Source of the DNA: Candidatus Saccharimonadia bacterium
GTDB lineage: Bacteria; Patescibacteriota; Saccharimonadia; UBA4664
Direction of reading: 5' to 3'
DNA length: 64,000 bases
NCBI GenBank assembly: GCA_041743505.1
Contig: JBGTMQ010000021.1
Span: 64,521 to 128,520 of the forward strand
The notes beneath the pieces are model-generated. The model saw nothing but the letters and a program-made list of their open reading frames with translations. It was not told the DNA's origin and did no database searches. How positions within the stretch are numbered: position 1 is the stretch's first letter; the number at the start of each line of letters is the position of its first letter. Both the position numbers and the translations under genes were made by a program. This document shows positions 46,860-56,942 of this stretch, in pieces.

Positions 46860-48107
46860 TTAATCGTGGCGGAGGGCCTCGATGGGATTGACACGAACGG
46901 CCCGCCAAGCCGGGTAGGCGACCACGAGCAGGGCGACCACGATAACCAATCCGAGAGTGCTAAAGACAAGCCACCAGGGCAGGCTAAAGATATTGACGGG
47001 ATCGGTGACGCCACGTGAGCTGGCCAGCCGGGTGAGACCGAGGTTAATGGCGACGCCCAGCAGCCAAGATGAGGCAATGCCGCAGATACCGCCCAAGACG
47101 GCCAGGCCAACGGCTTCGGCAACAAACAAGCGGCGGATGTCTTTGCGCCGGGCGCCGAGGGAGATCATAAGAGCGATTTCACGGGTGCGTTCGAGCAGAG
47201 AGATGGTGAGGGTGTTGAACATGCCTAAAACGGCGATGAGCATGCCAATGCCACCGAAGCCGGCCAGGATAAAGTTGAAGAAGACGAAAACCTGCTTGAT
47301 CTGGTTAAGGGTATCGATGGGCGATGTGGTGTTAAAGCCGAGCACCTCAATGCGCTTGCGAACGGCCGCGACATTGGACTCAGAGTCGACCATGACTTTG
47401 GCTTGCGCGTAATTGGTGACGCCGGCAGACGCGAAAAAGGTGTCGGGCATAAAGACCTCGGACCCGCTGCCGGTATCAACCACACCTTTAATAACGCCGT
47501 TGGCTAGGAGATGCCGTTTGGCGCCGTCGCCGGCGGGGGCCAAGATATCTAGGCGCAGGACTTTGCCGGTGGCTTTGGCGGGATCGCTAATGCCAATGAG
47601 CCTAGTGAGCGACGAGTTTACGAGTATCTCGCCGGGGCCGAGCTTGAGGCTGCCTTTGGTGGTGAGACGCAGCGAGCTGAGATTTAAGTAGGTTGAATCG
47701 GCGCCATAGACTACAGCATCGGTACTCGATTGGCCGAGCGTGACCTTGCTAGCCAGTGTGTAGCTTTTGGCAACGTCGGTGACATGAGGGATCTGGCGAA
47801 TTTTGGAGATATTCGGGGCATCGAGCGGGACAATATTGGAGCTGGGAGGCGTGACATCGACGGCGGTGACTGATTTGGATCCGATAACCTGCTTGAAAAC
47901 AAGATTTTGCAGGCCAAGACTAAATGAGAGTAAAAATGTGATGGAGCCAATGCCAATGAGAACGCCGCCGGCCGTGAGGAAGGTGCGGAGTTTGCGGGCA
48001 ATAAGGTTACGGTAGGCCATGTACAGGATTATTTTGGGACGAAGATGGCGCGTGCCGGCGTTGGCCTCGAATTCGACGTAGGCGGTCGACTTGACTGATT
48101 TAGCCAT
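46860..48107 (-). CDS. MacB/FtsX-type ABC permease
   Basis: RKLRTFLT, FNTLTISLLERTREI, YPAWRA..NPIEALR. Confidence 0.92.
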   Translation of the reverse strand: MAKSVKSTAYVEFEANAGTRHLRPKIILYMAYRNLIARKLRTFLTAGGVLIGIGSITFLLSFSLGLQNLVFKQVIGSKSVTAVDVTPPSSNIVPLDAPNISKIRQIPHVTDVAKSYTLASKVTLGQSSTDAVVYGADSTYLNLSSLRLTTKGSLKLGPGEILVNSSLTRLIGISDPAKATGKVLRLDILAPAGDGAKRHLLANGVIKGVVDTGSGSEVFMPDTFFASAGVTNYAQAKVMVDSESNVAAVRKRIEVLGFNTTSPIDTLNQIKQVFVFFNFILAGFGGIGMLIAVLGMFNTLTISLLERTREIALMISLGARRKDIRRLFVAEAVGLAVLGGICGIASSWLLGVAINLGLTRLASSRGVTDPVNIFSLPWWLVFSTLGLVIVVALLVVAYPAWRAVRVNPIEALRHD

Positions 48108-48831
48108 GTTTCACCCCTATTTTCCGGCGTCTGGCGGCATTTTGCTCGGTAGTGTCGGTGAGGAGGCCGTCTTTAATTTCTAGTTGTTGGGTACTAAAGC
48201 TCAGATAATCGAGGTTGTGGGTCACGAGAATGACGGTTTTACCCTGCTCTTTGACGCTCCGTTCGAGCAGGCCCATGATGAGCTCGCCGTTTCGGGAATC
48301 TAGATTGCCGGTGGGCTCATCGGCCACGATAACACGGGGGCTGGCAATAAGTGCGCGGGCCATGGAGACACGCTGTTGCTGCCCGCCCGAAAGTTGCGTT
48401 GGGTTGTGGGCCGAAATATTGCCGAGGCCGACCTGCTCGAGCCGCAACTGGGCGAGACTAGTGGCCTGCTGCCGGTCGTAGCCCGCTAGATAGAGCGGGA
48501 AGGAAACATTTTCGATGACATTGAGGCTACTAACCCAGTAGTTGGTTTGGTTGACCATGCCGAGGGTGAGCTGGCGGAACCGCGCCCGATCGTCCGGAGT
48601 GAGCTGGTAAAGGTCCTGTCCGAGCATGTCCACGGTTCCGCTAGTGGGAGGTTCGAGGCCGACAATGGTGTTGAGCAAGGTCGATTTACCTGAGCCGGAC
48701 GGTCCGTAGATGATGGCAAAAGCGCCCTCTTTGATTTCAAAGTTTACGTCGATGAGCGCCTTGACCGTCTCGGTGGCCAGGTCGAATTGTTTATGTAGAT
48801 TGGTGATTTTGAGAAGGGTTTTACTGCTCAT
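48100..48831 (-). CDS. ABC transporter ATP-binding protein
   Basis: GPSGSGKST, LSGGQ, ADEPTGNLD; ATGA-coupled to the giant protein. Confidence 0.95.
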   Translation of the reverse strand: MSSKTLLKITNLHKQFDLATETVKALIDVNFEIKEGAFAIIYGPSGSGKSTLLNTIVGLEPPTSGTVDMLGQDLYQLTPDDRARFRQLTLGMVNQTNYWVSSLNVIENVSFPLYLAGYDRQQATSLAQLRLEQVGLGNISAHNPTQLSGGQQQRVSMARALIASPRVIVADEPTGNLDSRNGELIMGLLERSVKEQGKTVILVTHNLDYLSFSTQQLEIKDGLLTDTTEQNAARRRKIGVKHG

Positions 48832-51800
48832 TTGAGGAATCCAAATATGTTTGACAGGGCATTGAAGATGATGCTGAGAACGCTTTCGGTGCCCCGCCCG
48901 ATGATGGTGGACTGATCGGTGGAGCTACCTTCATTGCCGGCGCGGTCGCGGGAGATGGCCTTGAGATGGAAAACGGTGGAAGTGGGTAAATCGGAAATAA
49001 TAACCACGTGGTCGTAGGTGTAATTTTGGTCTTCGGCGGTTTTGGTGCTGTAGCTGTCGCCGGACGAGCCTTGATTGAAGGCGACCTGGCTGGCGGCTGG
49101 CTCGTCGGTCTTCCAGCTAACCACCATCTGGCCGCGGGCGTCTGAGCCAGTGCCCTTGATGCTGGATTCTATGGTGACTCGCGAGACTTTGGGTGGGCGG
49201 GTGTCGAGGGCGGTGCGGAAGACTTGTTGATCGGAAACGGCCAGATTGCCGCTGCCGTCACGCGAGGAGGCGGTGAGAATGTATTCGCTATTATCGACGA
49301 GGTCGCTAATGGTGATCTGGTGGTCGGTGGTGAGCTTGGATTCGCTGACCTCCAACTGTTTTTGGCCGCGGGGCCCGTACTGGAGGCCGGAGGTGGCGGG
49401 CACATTGGTGGTCCAGGAGACAAGCTGAGTGTTCGTGGGGGCTCCGGCGACCGGCTGGAAGCGCAGGTCCGAGATACGGGGCCGGGCCGGGGTGGTAAAG
49501 GTGAAGATACTGGAATTGTACTCATTGCCATCGGCATCGAAGGTGTTGATTTTGTAGAAGTATTTAGTCCCGTCATCGAGGTTAGTGAGTTGGGCGGTAT
49601 AGGAAGATTCGGCGGTGGAGGTGTTGAGAATCTGGACGCCGCCAAAACTGTCGGTCTTGCCAAAGTAAATCTTGGTGCTGGTGGCGTCTTTGGAGGTGAA
49701 ATGAATGGAAGTACTGGTAAGCCCGACGGACGGATTGGTGACTTCTTTGATGAGGGGGGCCGGCGCCGTGGTGAAGCTAAACTCATCGGAGCTGCCCAGG
49801 TTGCCGTCTTCGTCGATCCATTTGGCTTTGGCAAAGTAGAGTGTACCGGGAGACAAGTTGGTGAGATTGATGGTGTGAGCTGTCACCTGGTTGGAATTGG
49901 CGACTTCATCGCTGGAGTAATTGCCGCTGGAGGTACCAAGCGCGATGCGCGAGTCACTGGCGCGGTTGGTGACCCAGCTAATGGTGGCGCGGCGGGTGGT
50001 GACATTTTGCACGGCCACCTGGTTGAGCAGGCCGGCCGGGCTGGTGAAGCGGCCGGTAGGCAGCTTGGAGACTGAGTTAGAGGCTACGCCACAGTTATTG
50101 GCTGAGTCACAGGCTTTGATTTTGTAGTAGTACGTGATTTGACTGAGGCCGCTGTCGACCAGGCTGGTGGCGCTGGTGGTGGCGACGACGCTAAAGTTGA
50201 CGTTGTCGGTGGAGCGGAAGACGCGGTAGGTGGCCACGCCGGCGCCCGGATTGGTGGGTGGTTCCCAGGTGAGAGCCAGGCGCCAGTTGGCGGTGGATTT
50301 GATGGAGGCGTCGACGACGTCCGGGTTGAGCGGCATACCCGGGGCGGAGGTATTGGCCGTGAAGATGACACTAGCTGCAGTGGCGTAGTTAATGTTGCCG
50401 GCCTCATCTTTGGCTACAACATAGAACGTGTTATCGCCGGGCTGGGTGGCGTAGGGTCCGGCAGTAATGTTGGTAACGCCGGCAGCGGTGAAGGTGCAGT
50501 TGGAGACGGTGGGTGTGGCATTGACGGTGTAGCAGTAGGTGAGGTTGGCGGCTTGCCCGGCAAATGAGGCCGGAGCCACCCAGTTGAAGCTAAATGAGTT
50601 GGTGGTGTTGGTAGTGGGGATGGCGGCGAGGTTTTGAGGTGAGCTCGGTGAACTGGTATTAATTTTAAGCGCAGTGGTGACATAGACGGGTGAGACATTA
50701 CCGGCCAGATCCCAGGTGCGGAAGTAAATGGTGTTGTTGCCCTCAATGAGGTTGGCAAAGTCCGGGGTATTTTGGGTGGTATAGGACCCATCGTTGGCGA
50801 GCAGGTCGGTGGCGTCCTGAGTGCCGAAGTGGTTGTCCCCATACCAGGGGCTGGAGGCGCCAATGCGATACTGGAGGCCGGCCACACCAGAGTTGGCGTC
50901 GCTGGCGGCATCACTGCCACTGGTTTGCCAGGTGAGCGTGGCGGTTTTGGTGGCAATGAAGTTTGATGGGGCCGTGATGAAGGCCGGATTGGTGGGCGTG
51001 GTGTTATCGAAGCGGAACTGGAAGTTGGTGCTGGTGCTTGAGACAGCATTGCCGGCCCGGTCGATGGCGGTGACGTAGAGGTAGTAGGGATTGTTTGATG
51101 ACGTGAGCGCACTGGCAAGGTAGCCGCTGGTAGCCAGGTCCACGCTGTCGCCCGGCACAATGAACTGGCACGGCGTACCGGTGGTGGCCAATGGCGAGTT
51201 ACCAAGGATACCTTTGGTGCTGGTCGGGTCGGAGCCGGCTGTTTGACCGAGGTACAGGCAGTAACCGTAGATGCCAGCGCCAGCGTCGGAGCCGGCGGTC
51301 CAGCTGAAGTACGGCGAGCCGCCGTTGGTCCAGTCATTTGAGGCCACGGTGGGCCCACCGGCCGACTTGTACATGACGGCCGCGGTGGCGTTGGTTTCGG
51401 GTGGGGTTATGTCAGTGATGCCGGAAACGGTGACTGAGTCCAAGGTAACCCGTTGTGTGCCGTCACCTTGGGCGATAGCCTGCCATTTGATACCACCACC
51501 CATGACTACGGGGAACGTGGCGATGTTGCTGTTGATGACTGCGGCGGAGTTGGTTTGGGTGGTGTCGGCCGATACAACCCAGGCACTGCCGCTCCAGTAT
51601 TTCCACGTAGTGCCATTATCGGTCGAGAGGCGGTAGTTGATACTGCCTCCACCCAGTGTGGAACTGTCGCTAAAGGCGCTCCAGCTGGCAACGCCAGTGC
51701 CGAGGACGGCGCTGAGCGGGCTGACGGCGAGCGGAGCATTGGAGTAGGGTTTGGTGGTAAAGCTACTGCGGGCAGAGTCGCTGATGCGAACTTCGTCGAG

Positions 51801-54800
51801 TGAGCCGGCAAAGTAGCCCTGAGCCACGCCGGCCTGGGCGGCGCCAAAGGTGGTGCCGAGCAGAAGCGGCTGGCTGGTATTGGGCAGTGACAGCGAGGCG
51901 GAAGTGGAAGCATTGAGCGTGCCATCAATGTATAACTTCATGGTACCGCCGTCATAAGTGGCCGCCAGGTGATGCCAGCTGGTATTCTGGCCGACGGTGG
52001 CCGACTGCAAGAAGCCGTTGTTGCCATAGGACCAGATGGCGGCGTCGACGTTGGCTGAGTCGCCCAGGCCGGCGTAGAGTTTGCCGCGATAGGTGGTCAT
52101 GGCGCGGACTGTTTCGGTAGCATTGACGGCCCAGCTGCCATTCATGGCGTCGCCGCCGATTTGGGTCCAGGCGCCATTGTCGTATTGCCAGACCTCGCCA
52201 TCGCTGGCGGTGTTGGCCAGTCCCGCGTAGAGTCCGCCGTTGTAAACCGACAAGCCCTTGGCTTGCTCGTATTGGCCGTCGATCCAGCTACCGCCTATGG
52301 CGTCGCCGCCGATTTGCGACCAGGCCGTGCCATTCCACTCCCAGATTTCGGCGTCTGCGGTGGTGTTACCGAGGCCGGCGTAGAGTTTGCCATTGTAGGC
52401 TTGAAGAGATTCTACCTGCTCGTAGACGGTATTCCAGCTGCTGTTTAGGCCATCGCCGCCGATCTTGGTCCAGGTGGCTCCACCCCATCGCCAGACTTCG
52501 GCGTCGGTGGCGCTGGCGCCCAGCCCAACGTGGAGCTGTCCGCCGAAGACGGTCATGGAGCTGACGCGCTCAAAGCCGGCCGCCCAGCCGCTGTTTAGGC
52601 TGTCGCCGCCGATCTTGGTCCAGGCCGTGCCGTTCCAACGCCAGACTTCGGCGTCGCCCGCAGTATTACCGAGGCCGGCGTAGAGATTGCCACCAAAGGT
52701 AGCGAGCGAATAGACTTCCTCGTATCCGGCGGCCCAGCCGCTGTTTAGGCTATCGCCGCCAATTTGGGTCCAGGCAGTGCCGTTGTAGCGCCAGACTTCG
52801 GCGTCCCCGGCGGTAGTGCCCAGGCCGACATACAAATTCCCACCATAGCTGGTCATGCTGAGAACGTTTTCGAAGGTATTAACCGCCCAGCTGGAGTTAA
52901 TCCCCTGCCCGCCCACAAGCGCCCATGATGTGCCGTCAAAGCGCCAGACTTGGGCGTTGCCGGCCACGGTATTACCGAGACCGGCGTACAGATAGTCGCC
53001 CGAGACGGTCATACTTTCAACATCTTGAAGATTGAAAAAGCCCCAGCTTTTATTGACGTAGCCGCCGCCCATCCGCGTCCAGGACGTACCGTTGTAGGTC
53101 CAGATTTCGGCGTTGTTGCCGGCCGCGGTTAGGCCGGCGTAGAGGGTGCTGCCCGTATAAAGCAGAGACTGCACAATAGTATGCGTGTTGGTGAAGCCGC
53201 TATTTAACCCATCGCCGCCAATTTGGGTCCAAGCCGTGCCGTTGTAGCGCCAGACTTCATTGTCGCCGGCAGTATTGCCTAGGCCGGCGTAAACGTTGGT
53301 GCCATCGTCGGTTAAGGCGTAAACCCCTTCATAGTTGGTGTTCCAGCTACTATTTAAGCCGTCGCCGCCAATTTGGGTCCAAGCCGTGCCGTTGTAACGC
53401 CAGACTTCGGCGTCGGTGGTGCTGAGGCCGATGCCGGCGTAGAGATCACTGCCGAGCCAGCGCAGACTCTGGACGGTCTCGTAGGTCACATCTGCCCAGC
53501 TGGAGTTGACGGCATCACCGCCGATTTTGGTCCAGGCCGGTGTGGTGCCACAGTTGCCGCAGCGCCAGACCTCGGCGTCCCCGGCGGTAAGCCCTAGGCC
53601 GGCGTAAATGTTGGTGCCGTCTGTCGCCAGAGACGGGACGATTTCGTAGTTGGTGGTCCAGCCGCTAGCCAGGCTGTCGCCGCCAACTTTGGTCCAGGCA
53701 CTGCCATTCCAGCGCCAGACTTCGGCGTCGTTGGCCGAGCTGCCGATGCCGGCGTACAAGTTAGAGCCCATCACGACCATACTGGTGACTTCCTCATAGG
53801 TGTTGACGACCCAGCTGCTGTTAATGCCGTCGCCGCCGATCTTGGTCCAGCTGGAACAGCCAGTGGAGGTGTCACAGCTCCAGACTTCGGCATCCCCGGC
53901 ACTGGAACCCAGCCCGGCGTAAAGCGTGTTGCCATTGGCGGCTAGTGACAGGACATTTTCGAACGTTTGGTCGGACCAGCTGGAGTTCTTGCCGTCGCCG
54001 CCGATTTGGGTCCAGGTGGACCCATCCCATTTCCAGACCTCAGCATCAGCCACGGCATTGCCTAACGCGGCATAGACGTTGCCGCCGATAGCAACCTGGG
54101 CGTTGACAGATAACTTACCGTTTAGGTCCCAGCTACTCTTGACGTCGTTGCCGGCTTGTTGAGTCCAGTTGGTGGCTGCGGAATTAGCCAGCTCATACGT
54201 GACCTTGCCGGTTTCCTGGTCGTAATACAGCTTGTAGGAGCCCTTGTCGATGACACCCTGCTGATGGTCGTGGCTGGTGTCCGAGAACGTGCCCGCGAAT
54301 TTGGTCCAGGCCTCCAGGGTATTGTCCTGGTCCAATGAGAGTGAGGCAGAATCTGTGGCCGATACTTGATCGCTGGTTCCGTTAAGCGTGAGGCCGTTGT
54401 TTAAGTTACCGAGGCCGAACGTGCCGCCGGTGACTGCACCCGTGTTGCTATTGGTTGAGGAATCGGCGGCGCTACCACCGCCGGCTTCATCCAGGTGGTA
54501 GAGGGCTTCGGTGGCGGCATCAGGGGTGTAGTTTTGAGCTTTATGACGGACGCTGGTACCACTAACCTCGAGGGCGCTGTCGATGGAGAAATTGCTGGGT
54601 GTAGTGAAGTCCCAAGTATGGGATGAGTCAGCAAAGATAGCGTGGTGCAGGCCGCTCACAAAGAAAATACCAATGATGTAGGCTGTGAGGGCGGCGTAAT
54701 GCACCCGATGATGGTGACGATGGTTATGCCAGCGATCATACCAGTCAAACTGACGACGGAGGTGCTGATGCGGACGGGCGGCAAGATGGTGGTGGGCTGT

Positions 54801-54998
54801 GCGAAGGTGCGTTGCGGCCTGACCGGCGACGGACATGACGGCGGCCAAGCCACCTACTAGACGCGGCCGCACTGTTGACATGGCACGGCTAGCCCATCGC
54901 TGGACATAGGCTACACCGCGCCTTACCAGCACTGACCTAGCGGTTGCGCTACGGCGTCGTGCGGCTTTGTTTGCTCCTCCTAGTTTCGACCGGGCCAT
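48828..54998 (-). CDS. 2056-aa surface protein: His/Arg-rich N-terminus, TM, LamG with inserted repeats, multiple FN3/Ig-like domains
   Basis: YHLDE...WHHLAATYDG..MKLYIDG...LDEVRIS LamG; FN3 W/Y patterns; amphipathic C-terminus. Confidence 0.88.
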   Translation of the reverse strand: MARSKLGGANKAARRRSATARSVLVRRGVAYVQRWASRAMSTVRPRLVGGLAAVMSVAGQAATHLRTAHHHLAARPHQHLRRQFDWYDRWHNHRHHHRVHYAALTAYIIGIFFVSGLHHAIFADSSHTWDFTTPSNFSIDSALEVSGTSVRHKAQNYTPDAATEALYHLDEAGGGSAADSSTNSNTGAVTGGTFGLGNLNNGLTLNGTSDQVSATDSASLSLDQDNTLEAWTKFAGTFSDTSHDHQQGVIDKGSYKLYYDQETGKVTYELANSAATNWTQQAGNDVKSSWDLNGKLSVNAQVAIGGNVYAALGNAVADAEVWKWDGSTWTQIGGDGKNSSWSDQTFENVLSLAANGNTLYAGLGSSAGDAEVWSCDTSTGCSSWTKIGGDGINSSWVVNTYEEVTSMVVMGSNLYAGIGSSANDAEVWRWNGSAWTKVGGDSLASGWTTNYEIVPSLATDGTNIYAGLGLTAGDAEVWRCGNCGTTPAWTKIGGDAVNSSWADVTYETVQSLRWLGSDLYAGIGLSTTDAEVWRYNGTAWTQIGGDGLNSSWNTNYEGVYALTDDGTNVYAGLGNTAGDNEVWRYNGTAWTQIGGDGLNSGFTNTHTIVQSLLYTGSTLYAGLTAAGNNAEIWTYNGTSWTRMGGGYVNKSWGFFNLQDVESMTVSGDYLYAGLGNTVAGNAQVWRFDGTSWALVGGQGINSSWAVNTFENVLSMTSYGGNLYVGLGTTAGDAEVWRYNGTAWTQIGGDSLNSGWAAGYEEVYSLATFGGNLYAGLGNTAGDAEVWRWNGTAWTKIGGDSLNSGWAAGFERVSSMTVFGGQLHVGLGASATDAEVWRWGGATWTKIGGDGLNSSWNTVYEQVESLQAYNGKLYAGLGNTTADAEIWEWNGTAWSQIGGDAIGGSWIDGQYEQAKGLSVYNGGLYAGLANTASDGEVWQYDNGAWTQIGGDAMNGSWAVNATETVRAMTTYRGKLYAGLGDSANVDAAIWSYGNNGFLQSATVGQNTSWHHLAATYDGGTMKLYIDGTLNASTSASLSLPNTSQPLLLGTTFGAAQAGVAQGYFAGSLDEVRISDSARSSFTTKPYSNAPLAVSPLSAVLGTGVASWSAFSDSSTLGGGSINYRLSTDNGTTWKYWSGSAWVVSADTTQTNSAAVINSNIATFPVVMGGGIKWQAIAQGDGTQRVTLDSVTVSGITDITPPETNATAAVMYKSAGGPTVASNDWTNGGSPYFSWTAGSDAGAGIYGYCLYLGQTAGSDPTSTKGILGNSPLATTGTPCQFIVPGDSVDLATSGYLASALTSSNNPYYLYVTAIDRAGNAVSSTSTNFQFRFDNTTPTNPAFITAPSNFIATKTATLTWQTSGSDAASDANSGVAGLQYRIGASSPWYGDNHFGTQDATDLLANDGSYTTQNTPDFANLIEGNNTIYFRTWDLAGNVSPVYVTTALKINTSSPSSPQNLAAIPTTNTTNSFSFNWVAPASFAGQAANLTYCYTVNATPTVSNCTFTAAGVTNITAGPYATQPGDNTFYVVAKDEAGNINYATAASVIFTANTSAPGMPLNPDVVDASIKSTANWRLALTWEPPTNPGAGVATYRVFRSTDNVNFSVVATTSATSLVDSGLSQITYYYKIKACDSANNCGVASNSVSKLPTGRFTSPAGLLNQVAVQNVTTRRATISWVTNRASDSRIALGTSSGNYSSDEVANSNQVTAHTINLTNLSPGTLYFAKAKWIDEDGNLGSSDEFSFTTAPAPLIKEVTNPSVGLTSTSIHFTSKDATSTKIYFGKTDSFGGVQILNTSTAESSYTAQLTNLDDGTKYFYKINTFDADGNEYNSSIFTFTTPARPRISDLRFQPVAGAPTNTQLVSWTTNVPATSGLQYGPRGQKQLEVSESKLTTDHQITISDLVDNSEYILTASSRDGSGNLAVSDQQVFRTALDTRPPKVSRVTIESSIKGTGSDARGQMVVSWKTDEPAASQVAFNQGSSGDSYSTKTAEDQNYTYDHVVIISDLPTSTVFHLKAISRDRAGNEGSSTDQSTIIGRGTESVLSIIFNALSNIFGFLK
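52021..54167 (-). repeat. 14 coding repeats of about 50 aa (WTxIGGD...LYAGLG...AEVW)
   Basis: Counted in the translation; about 150-nt degenerate DNA periodicity. Confidence 0.9.
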
Positions 54999-55221
54999 TG
55001 TTGTCTCACAATTTCTTATTGTATTTTAGCATAAGAATCATGAAATTGTACCGTTGCATTGGGCAAAACTCCAGTCTGTTTATTTGGTCCGAGGCTCACA
55101 TTAATCGCTATTGCCTAGACGAGAGTTCCTGATCTGCGTTTGTACTTTTTACGTTTATGTGTTATAATATAATCATCCACTACGGAGCACCCCTAACCCT
55201 TTCCTTGAGGAGCGTGACCCC

Positions 55222-55806
55222 TTGTGGCGTTGGCTCAACCGGTTACTCGCCGGCAGCGAAGAGACCCGAGTAAGGAGCCGCTATTACCTGGCGCCCGATG
55301 CTGATCTGGACCCGGAGCTGATCGACAAGCTTGAAGGCCATGTGCGCTGGGTAGCCAGCTGGCTGAATAGCCCGGCCAGGAATGCCGCCATTGAGTCGTT
55401 CCAGGTTCGCCCCAGCGAAGACGGCAATAGCCGCGTTATTGGCTTATGCTGGACGCAGGACACAGCATTGGGTCCAGAGCCGAGACAAATCTGGATAGAA
55501 TCAGCTCTCAACTTAACGGACGAGGCAGCGACTTTGATCCACGAGCTTTGCCACGCGTTCTGCTTATCGGGTGAAAGCCATGGACGGCGGTTTCGCCGGA
55601 TGTACATAGTGGCATGGTCGCTCTACTTCCGGGCCAATGACTTCACGGTTAAGTACCAGATATCGAGTCATTTGCGCCGGTATCAGGCGGGCGGCTTCTG
55701 GGCCAGGCGACGTGAGAACAGAGAGCTGTTGAACCTGGTGAGGGAGACCCGAAAGGCCGCTGCCAAAGCCCAGGGCTCAGCCTCCGCATCGAGGCGGGCG
55801 GCCTGA
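55222..55806 (+). CDS. SprT-like zinc metalloprotease-domain protein
   Basis: TLIHELCHA...HGRRF; TTGTAC-N17-TATAAT promoter at 55140-55168. Confidence 0.7.
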   Translation: MWRWLNRLLAGSEETRVRSRYYLAPDADLDPELIDKLEGHVRWVASWLNSPARNAAIESFQVRPSEDGNSRVIGLCWTQDTALGPEPRQIWIESALNLTDEAATLIHELCHAFCLSGESHGRRFRRMYIVAWSLYFRANDFTVKYQISSHLRRYQAGGFWARRRENRELLNLVRETRKAAAKAQGSASASRRAA

Positions 55807-55932
55807 TTTTCTGTGAGGTTACCAATCCATGGGACCGGCTAATTATAGTCGGTCCCATTTTTTGGTTATAAAAGCTAAGCCCGGGTTGGCATGTAGTTGC
55901 CGCACCGGGCTGAGGATAGAAGCCGGGACATA

Positions 55933-56376
55933 TTATGAGGGGTGCGAGAGCTGATCGATGTCCCCGGTGGCTATTTTTAGGTGGTGCACCCAACCTGAGG
56001 GAGTATGGAAGCCCCAGTTCCGCAAGCGCCCAGTCGTGATGAATAATGTCCAGACATACGGGGTGAGGAGCGTAAGGCGATGAGGGCTGGTGGCTAGTCG
56101 AATCCGGATACTGCCGGCCCGGTGCACTTTGATGCCGGCTGGGCGCTCCTCACGATATGCTCCCCAGAGCATGAGCGAGAACCAATGCCAGGGATGATCG
56201 TGCAGATATGGATCCGTGTCGCTTCTCAGAATCTTATGTAGCTTGACGCTAAACCAAGGCGTGCGGAACAGCGTTATGCGGTAAAGGTGAGGCACCAGTT
56301 GACCCCTGAAATCTGGCTGCTTGACGAGCTTGCGCTCCATAAAAGCCCATTTGTCACCTGGACGTCGCCGGCTCAT
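55933..56376 (-). CDS. Cupin-like protein
   Basis: LH.I.RSD...LHDHPW.W.S..L.G.Y.E, HR, WTLF.TG...R.WGF. Confidence 0.7.
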   Translation of the reverse strand: MSRRRPGDKWAFMERKLVKQPDFRGQLVPHLYRITLFRTPWFSVKLHKILRSDTDPYLHDHPWHWFSLMLWGAYREERPAGIKVHRAGSIRIRLATSPHRLTLLTPYVWTLFITTGRLRNWGFHTPSGWVHHLKIATGDIDQLSHPS

Positions 56377-56479
56377 ACTTACTCCTACCAGTAGATGCTA
56401 CCCGGTTTCGGGCTATATCAAATTATAACAATACCCGCCGACCACAAGTAATTCTTGCGGCGGGCGGGCGGGGGCGGAC

Positions 56480-56935
56480 TTATTTCGTGATCCCAATCAA
56501 CGCCATACCCCACTCGCAGTAGCTATCTGGCGTAGTGAGTAGATTGGTGGCGTAGGCCCTAAAAATCTGGTCCGCCGTGGCATGCAACCCGGGATACCAG
56601 ATCATGGCAAAGATAAGCGGGTTCCAGCGTGGTTGATCGTGTTGGGTGTGTGGGCAATGACACGGCGCTGCCGACAAGACATAGGGCTCAACGCTGCCGT
56701 CTGGGTGTATATCCGAGCCGGCGAACATGAAGAAAACCGGCCGTGGACAGACGAGGCGGAGGGTGGCACCTTTGGCATAAACCGTCAGGTCGATCACCGT
56801 CAAAGGGTCTGATACTAAAAGGGCGGTGATTTTGAGGCCGTCATCGCCGATGTTGGCGAGGTCTTCGGAGGTCACTCGATGGGCTTGCGGGTCGATACTC
56901 AGCAACTCTGCATCGAAGGGATGTTGAGCGCTCAT
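56480..56935 (-). CDS. Hypothetical protein
   Basis: Follows the cupin gene by 7 nt; hairpin downstream. Confidence 0.55.
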   Translation of the reverse strand: MSAQHPFDAELLSIDPQAHRVTSEDLANIGDDGLKITALLVSDPLTVIDLTVYAKGATLRLVCPRPVFFMFAGSDIHPDGSVEPYVLSAAPCHCPHTQHDQPRWNPLIFAMIWYPGLHATADQIFRAYATNLLTTPDSYCEWGMALIGITK

Positions 56936-56942
56936 TGGGCAC

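Noticed and set aside
52021-54167. Periodic DNA repeats that might be a CRISPR array
   Set aside because: They are degenerate, in-frame, about 150-nt coding repeats with no unique spacers and no cas genes.
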